A DNA stretch of 64,000 nt from a virus: the IMG/VR virus record IMGVR_UViG_3300022902_000007; one strand, given 5' to 3'. A program made the translations under genes and the position numbers. Positions 59,179 to 64,000 of this stretch are shown here, piece after piece. The notes under the pieces are model-generated. The model made no database searches. It saw nothing but the letters and a program-made list of their open reading frames with translations, and had not been told where the DNA came from. Numbering within the stretch: position 1 is the stretch's first letter; every line of letters starts with the position of its first letter.

Positions 59179-60181
59179 TGCACTTACTCTTCAGTTTTTC
59201 GTATTCTTCTGGGGAAGCTTCGAGATGTGCTTTCAGTCCGAGTCTTCCGCCAATACAGATTGTGAGGTCTGTCTCTGGGTCCTTGACAGCGCTGCCAGCA
59301 AAACGGATGATGCCCTTCTGCTTTGCGCACTCAATCAGGTCGAGATATGGGTCAACGCCCCTGCCACAAACGAATTGCATTGCGGCAGTTTTTCCTTGCA
59401 TCGCAAACTTGTTTTTAACCACTCTCACTTCCATTGCCAGGGTGTCGCCTGTCTTCGAGGCAGGCTTCGATTTGACTCTGAATCTGAGGGAAGCATAGTA
59501 AGGAAGCCCATTTCCGCCGGAAGTTGTCTCTGGGTTGCCGTACATCACACCGATTTTGTATCTGATTTGGTTGATAAACACAAAGAATACTCTGGAGTCT
59601 GTACAGATCTTGGACAGCTCACGAGTCGCTCTGGACATCTTCCTCGGAAGTGTAGCCACTGAGATTTCGTCGATATCTTTCTTGACGTCTTCTTCAGTTT
59701 GGGCAGCATCGACTGAATCAAACACTACACAGCCGATATCACCTGACTTACACAGATTGATTGATAACTGGAGCGCTTGCTCAGCAGTATTCGGACGCAC
59801 ATAGAGAACCTTCTCAGTATCTATCCCGAACCCAGCCATAAAGTCAGTGTCGGTAGTCCTCTCCAGATCGAAGAAAGCCGCGATCCGTTCTTCTCGCTCT
59901 TCAATTAAAGCTCGTGCCGTCTCGTGCCTCTGCCAAGCAGCTATGAACTGTAAAGACAAAGAGGTCTTTCCGCCGCTGGTGGGCCCAAATATTTCAATCA
60001 TTCTATCGAGGGGCAGTCCTCCTGAGCCAATGGCAGCATCCAGGGTTACGGACCCAGAAGGAAACGTTTCTGAGCTTTCAACAGCATTGCCCATGCCATA
60101 TACGAGGTCTTCATTCTTCTTCTTGAAGGCGGCCAGCACAGCGTCTGCACCTTTGAGCCCTGTTACTTTCTTGATTCCCAT
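59123..60181 (-). CDS. recA: RecA recombinase
   Basis: SGS..LD.AIG.GGLP..R.IEIFGP.SGGKT, VFDSV.A, INQIR.KIGVMYGNPETTSGGN.L.YYAS.R and VVKNK; no intein. Confidence 0.95.
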   Translation of the reverse strand: MGIKKVTGLKGADAVLAAFKKKNEDLVYGMGNAVESSETFPSGSVTLDAAIGSGGLPLDRMIEIFGPTSGGKTSLSLQFIAAWQRHETARALIEEREERIAAFFDLERTTDTDFMAGFGIDTEKVLYVRPNTAEQALQLSINLCKSGDIGCVVFDSVDAAQTEEDVKKDIDEISVATLPRKMSRATRELSKICTDSRVFFVFINQIRYKIGVMYGNPETTSGGNGLPYYASLRFRVKSKPASKTGDTLAMEVRVVKNKFAMQGKTAAMQFVCGRGVDPYLDLIECAKQKGIIRFAGSAVKDPETDLTICIGGRLGLKAHLEASPEEYEKLKSKCIGDLTILEETETTDEEED

Positions 60182-60967
60182 TTAGTTTGTAAACCTTTCT
60201 CTGAATGCTTTGAGCAGATTGTCTTTGTGTTCTGGAATCTGTTCGAGATTCCACCAGAAGTTTAGTTCAATTAGCTCTTTGTATAATCTTTTGTCAGAGC
60301 TATGAGAGGATTTCGGTGGGGGAGGCAAAGAGTATCCGTTGTCTTGAGAGCGGAAGATATCTTTGTTCATTTTTTCGCTGGTCGGGAAGCAGTGCATTTG
60401 CCATATCCCACCGCCGAATTCTTTTATTACTTCGACTTCTTTTTCATATCTAACATCGTCAATGAGAAACACGCCTCTCTTTCCGGGTTCTGGCTCAAGC
60501 GTGGCGATGAGCTCTCTCATGTAGTTGGCAAAGTAATCAGGATGAATTGACTTGAAGAAGTCACCAGTCATCTGCATGATTTGTCTTGGAGACTTTTCAC
60601 GTAGCCGCTGGATAGGGGCTTCTTTTTCCAGTGCTGTCATCTCAGGTGTGATGGAGAGGTTGAGGAAGGTGTCTGCAAATTTGCGAATTGGTTCTGCAAA
60701 GTTGTGAGTGACGATTGTATATGTGTCTTTTGGCAGTGCTTCTGTGAGAAGTCTCGCTGATAAGCTCTTACCCATACGACGATAGCCTGCAAAGCCAATG
60801 ACGATATGCCTGTTAAGATTCCATCTCTGCATACCTTCTATTGTTCTCTGGATGTATCCAGCTGTATCAATATCCGGGTAAGGCTCAACTGATATTTGCT
60901 TCCACTTTGGTGGGAGCCTATTACTGACATCCGTGATGTCGTACTGTACTTCGGTTCCATCAAACAT
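60182..60967 (-). CDS. deoxynucleoside monophosphate kinase
   Basis: IGFAG....GKS, FA.PIR, R.IMQ..G, IDDVRY..E...I...GG and H.S motifs. Confidence 0.75.
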   Translation of the reverse strand: MFDGTEVQYDITDVSNRLPPKWKQISVEPYPDIDTAGYIQRTIEGMQRWNLNRHIVIGFAGYRRMGKSLSARLLTEALPKDTYTIVTHNFAEPIRKFADTFLNLSITPEMTALEKEAPIQRLREKSPRQIMQMTGDFFKSIHPDYFANYMRELIATLEPEPGKRGVFLIDDVRYEKEVEVIKEFGGGIWQMHCFPTSEKMNKDIFRSQDNGYSLPPPPKSSHSSDKRLYKELIELNFWWNLEQIPEHKDNLLKAFRERFTN

Positions 60968-61158
60968 TAGTCTTCATCCAGTGTGGCGTATGCCTTTTGT
61001 CCGTCATACATCCCTTCTGATGGGAAGTATTCGCCTGCCTCGGTCGTATACAGAGCCTTTTGGACGGCCTCTTCTTCTGATTCGGCCATGATTGTATATC
61101 TATAGAATGGATAGTCGCATGGGATGATTACTTCGTACTCATTCATTGTTGTCTCCAA
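60967..61158 (-). CDS. hypothetical protein
   Basis: A.SEEEA motif common in small phage proteins. Confidence 0.5.
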   Translation of the reverse strand: METTMNEYEVIIPCDYPFYRYTIMAESEEEAVQKALYTTEAGEYFPSEGMYDGQKAYATLDED

Positions 61159-61732
61159 TTCTTACTGTCATGAATTCTACTCTCCCAGCATTGACCGCAT
61201 CTCTGATGCGGCGTTGTACCTTGGAGAGCTGTGACTTGTTTGTCTTCACATCGATTAGAACTATTTTGTTTATCTCGTTTGCTTCACCGTCGTTAACAGC
61301 TCCACAGCCGTCAAAGCAGATTATGTCTACTGGCTTACCAATGAAACGCATGTCCCCTGGTTCGAGTCCTTCAATCATGAATGGAGCGAGGTTCTCTGCT
61401 GCTTGACCTCTCAAGACTGCGCGTGATTGGTCGAGAGTCTTCTTCCTTATCTTTTTTGTTTCTTCTTGCTTCCACAGCTCCATCAGTCCACGAGCTTCTT
61501 CTCGGGCCACGGTTTCAACTTCTGCTTTGTCGACTAATAGCTCTTGGTATTTGGAAGACAATAGATCCATGTCACCAGAGAGCTGTGTACTCTTGCCTGT
61601 CAATTCGTGAATCTGCTGCTTGGCGTCCGATACGAACAATTCCAGGCGGGTGATGTCTTCTTGTTTGCTTTTGTGTATTGCATATGCAATGATTAAAGAG
61701 ATGACTGCGAGGCCAATAAATAGGAATTCCAT
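61139..61732 (-). CDS. membrane-anchored Holliday-junction-resolvase-related endonuclease
   Basis: N-terminal TM and coiled coil, then SRAVLRG..AE.LAPF....D.RFIG.PVD.I.FDG....IDVKT.KSQLS..QR.IRDAV..GRV. Confidence 0.8.
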   Translation of the reverse strand: MEFLFIGLAVISLIIAYAIHKSKQEDITRLELFVSDAKQQIHELTGKSTQLSGDMDLLSSKYQELLVDKAEVETVAREEARGLMELWKQEETKKIRKKTLDQSRAVLRGQAAENLAPFMIEGLEPGDMRFIGKPVDIICFDGCGAVNDGEANEINKIVLIDVKTNKSQLSKVQRRIRDAVNAGRVEFMTVRIGDNNE

Positions 61733-61743
61733 GGAGTTGACTC

Positions 61744-62160
61744 ATGATAACTGAAGTTTTGGTTAATGGACATTTTGCAACGATGCATGCTGACCATGTT
61801 AGATTGTTTGAATTTGCCAGTAGGTTTGGTCTCGTGACAGTCGCCATCAACAATGATGAATGGGCTGAAAGGAAATATGGTAAGGGCTTTGTTTCTCTCA
61901 CAGACCGTGCCTATCTTCTGAGGTCATGTAGATATGTACACAATGTAGTGGTGTTCAATGAAGAGACACCAGCTGAGCTAATACTCCAGCTCAAGCCCCG
62001 AGTCATAGTCAAAGGCCCCGACTATAAAGACAAAGAATTGTCTGAACAGTGGGCTATTGATAGAGTAAGGGCCAAGCTGGTATTCAGGCCTGGTGAGAAT
62101 GTGCATTCAAGTAGTCAGATACTTCAGGTGGCACAGAGGAAGCGTCCTCCTCTTTACTAA
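61744..62160 (+). CDS. cytidylyltransferase-family nucleotidyltransferase, HldC/RfaE domain II-like
   Basis: NG.F..MH..H, VAIN.D, R...L.....V..VV.F.EETP..LI..LKP.V.VKG.DY and SSS.I; the HxGH motif is altered to HADH. Confidence 0.75.
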   Translation: MITEVLVNGHFATMHADHVRLFEFASRFGLVTVAINNDEWAERKYGKGFVSLTDRAYLLRSCRYVHNVVVFNEETPAELILQLKPRVIVKGPDYKDKELSEQWAIDRVRAKLVFRPGENVHSSSQILQVAQRKRPPLY

Positions 62161-62488
62161 AGCAGTGCCAAGAAGCTCTCTTCATTATGTATGAAGACTC
62201 AGTTTGCTCGGGCACCCAAGGCCCGAGCCAGGCAATGAGCTCGTCTCTATAGAATAGAAAGCTTCCTTTGTCACTAAAGGCAGAATGAGTTTCTACACGG
62301 CAGTCTCTTGCAAACTCTTCAAACGGAGTGTTCCAGTTCTCTTGGAGAGCCCTCATCCATCGCTGTGTTAGGATTTGCTCGTAGAACTCATTTTCTGTCT
62401 TGGCCATCTTTGAAGTCATGTCAATGATCTTGTCATTGAAGAAGTTCTCGCAGGACGGACTAATTGTCAGAGTGGATGTGTTATCCAT
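62084..62488 (-). CDS. hypothetical protein
   Basis: TAATG-coupled to leader gene 7; its 3' end overlaps the HldC-like gene convergently. Confidence 0.5.
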   Translation of the reverse strand: MDNTSTLTISPSCENFFNDKIIDMTSKMAKTENEFYEQILTQRWMRALQENWNTPFEEFARDCRVETHSAFSDKGSFLFYRDELIAWLGPWVPEQTESSYIMKRASWHCFSKEEDASSVPPEVSDYLNAHSHQA

Positions 62489-62868
62489 TAGCTGTAGTCC
62501 ATTCCAGCATAGATCTTTGGAACCTTCTTCGTGCCGAATACCTTTTCTGACATTTGGATCAGACTTGAAATTGTATTTGCATTGATTGGGCCATAACTAT
62601 GCGTGTCATATTCGTAACCGGTGCCACCTATACCAATATAATTGCCGTCACAGTCGCTGTCAGAGTAGAAAGTAAGATCCTGGCTACTAAACAGCTCATC
62701 CCATTTGTCGTACCAACTCCATTCATACTCTTCATGAGATGCTGGTTTTTGTTCAAAGATCTCACAGAGCCCTACATAGTTGTCGTAGGTGGTCCCTGCT
62801 ATTTTATAGCCGAGAATCACGAATGAAGAAGAGCTACTGTTGCTTACGAAACCATTGCGTTGTTTCAT
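62488..62868 (-). CDS. NSSSSS-leader protein 7
   Basis: Begins MKQRNGFVSNSSSSSFVI. Confidence 0.85.
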   Translation of the reverse strand: MKQRNGFVSNSSSSSFVILGYKIAGTTYDNYVGLCEIFEQKPASHEEYEWSWYDKWDELFSSQDLTFYSDSDCDGNYIGIGGTGYEYDTHSYGPINANTISSLIQMSEKVFGTKKVPKIYAGMDYS

Positions 62869-62869
62869 T

Positions 62870-63208
62870 TTAACCTCTGTGAATTCTATATGCTTTGAAC
62901 TTGTGTTCGATTAGATCATGTAGCTGATATGGGATGCTGTTGTCATAAGCTGATTCAATGACTATTTGGCCCGGAGTGATTGATTGCCAGAGCGGACCCC
63001 AGCTTGCCTCCATCTCCTCTACATATTCTTCTGTAGCCTCGAATGGCAGCAGGAACATGTCCAGAAACTGCTGGTTCTTCATGGACCATTCAGTCCAGAA
63101 GTCTGTAAGAGATATTAAAAGCTCTGCTACTTCTTTTTTTGTATGCCCCGAGTCGCAAATGAATGAACTGGAGGAGCTATTTGATACAAACGATTTACGG
63201 ACTTTCAT
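62870..63208 (-). CDS. NSSSSS-leader protein 8
   Basis: Start ATG 63208: MKVRKSFVSNSSSSSFIC. Confidence 0.85.
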   Translation of the reverse strand: MKVRKSFVSNSSSSSFICDSGHTKKEVAELLISLTDFWTEWSMKNQQFLDMFLLPFEATEEYVEEMEASWGPLWQSITPGQIVIESAYDNSIPYQLHDLIEHKFKAYRIHRG

Positions 63209-63209
63209 G

Positions 63210-63719
63210 TCACTCTCCATTCACTATTTCGACTATGCCCTGGTCTTTGAGTCTCATGAGCTCGGTGTGCAAGATTTCATCGCTATACTCTATTCTAATG
63301 TAGGCTGATTCTTTGTCTTTCAGAGCTTCTTTGAATCTGTCGATTTCGGCCTTGTCGGAAGCTGCCCATCTTACATAATCTGCAAGACGTTCTGCATTCG
63401 TAAGCCTGGAGGGCCGATTGCTCCATGGGTTACTTGCCCTCTCATCAGGCTGAAGTCTTTTCGTCTCTTCTATACGCCTGAGGCTTGTTTCGTAGTCCTT
63501 TTCCAGATCTTTTAGATAATCTTCGCCCGTGCCGTGCCGTCCAGAGCTATCTGAGTGACTGTACTGTGTATTCTCCAGCATCTGCAGGAGGTTGTGGCCT
63601 CCTCCGACTGGGTGGCCACAGTGAGGACACTTTCGCTCCTTGTCAAAGGTCCCAGGCTCGTAAGCAATCACGTAAGAGCTGCTTGAACTATTGCTAACGA
63701 ATGAATGTCTAATCTTCAT
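63210..63719 (-). CDS. NSSSSS-leader protein 9
   Basis: Begins MKIRHSFVSNSSSSSYVI; internal CPHC. Confidence 0.85.
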   Translation of the reverse strand: MKIRHSFVSNSSSSSYVIAYEPGTFDKERKCPHCGHPVGGGHNLLQMLENTQYSHSDSSGRHGTGEDYLKDLEKDYETSLRRIEETKRLQPDERASNPWSNRPSRLTNAERLADYVRWAASDKAEIDRFKEALKDKESAYIRIEYSDEILHTELMRLKDQGIVEIVNGE

Positions 63720-63981
63720 CTTCTGTGTCCTCTGTTTGAGTTTCTTCCATGTGGTCTTCTACCTCATCCCACGAGAAATCGCTACCACAATAACTACATC
63801 TGATTACTGGCTCTTCTCCAGCCTCCATGGTATCGAGGAGCCCTTCTACTTGAGAGCCCCACTCTTTAGACCAAGATAGTGAGTGAAAATTGTGTACAGT
63901 TTCTATGTACATGAGGCTGGTAGAACTACAGTCAGGGCATACGGGGCGTGTTCTCATCTTATTTCTCCAGGAAGCAGGCAT
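63709..63981 (-). CDS. zinc-ribbon protein
   Basis: CPDC...CSYC. Confidence 0.55.
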   Translation of the reverse strand: MPASWRNKMRTRPVCPDCSSTSLMYIETVHNFHSLSWSKEWGSQVEGLLDTMEAGEEPVIRCSYCGSDFSWDEVEDHMEETQTEDTEDED

Positions 63982-64000
63982 TCATTCTTAGTGCTTGGAA

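Noticed and set aside
37463-63719. NSSSSS-coding segments as a DNA repeat, CRISPR array or diversity-generating retroelement template
   Set aside because: The copies differ heavily at synonymous sites (AGY/TCN switches), are irregularly spaced inside genes and show no adenine-specific variation; no reverse transcriptase is in the window.
232-63879. Numerous antisense and alternative-frame ORFs in the track (e.g. 12368-13000, 21775-22338, 29049-29618, 52929-53261, 59063-59662)
   Set aside because: They are shadows of well-supported genes or intron RNA on the other strand and have no recognisable motifs.
1-64000. Stop-codon reassignment, as seen in some jumbo phages
   Set aside because: Genes are long and tightly packed in code 11, and TAG, TGA and TAA all end genes at sensible coupled junctions.
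1-64000. tRNA, rRNA or CRISPR arrays
   Set aside because: Almost no intergenic space apart from the two introns, and no cloverleaf or repeat-spacer pattern seen by eye. The Cas4-like genes are solo phage nucleases.

Overview
This window is a 64-kb segment of a large contractile-tailed (myovirus-type, probably jumbo) phage, read in the standard genetic code. Bases 1-20650 (+) carry a baseplate/tail module: Gp25/W-like wedge, baseplate J-like protein, several very large paralogous structural proteins and a tail fibre. Bases 20653-27596 are a glycan-modification island on both strands (GT9+GT4 fusion, HAD phosphatase, GT8+methyltransferase, GT25, two sulfotransferase-like proteins) plus an orphan response regulator. 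Bases 27626-64000 are mainly on the - strand and hold replication and early genes: ClpP, resolvases, Cas4-like nucleases, HNH, ThyX, GroES-like, primase-helicase, heptose kinase and adenylyltransferase, DnaE, RecA, dNMP kinase and many small ORFs. Four things stand out. (1) Nine otherwise dissimilar small proteins in three clusters all begin with the 16-residue leader MKxRxxFVSNSSSSS(F/Y). It is conserved as protein but not as DNA, and the middle cluster surrounds a Cys-rich GP88/radical-SAM-like gene; this is the best candidate for an undescribed system. (2) Two group I introns missed by the ORF track: one in the primase-helicase (45586-45871) and one in dnaE (53013-53777), the latter with a non-canonical P7 and a decayed LAGLIDADG gene. 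(3) DnaE is split into two intein-free genes separated by an inverted virion-protein cassette. (4) A dispersed phage-encoded NDP-heptose pathway with a heptosyltransferase. All family assignments come from motif recognition by eye; no database search was run.
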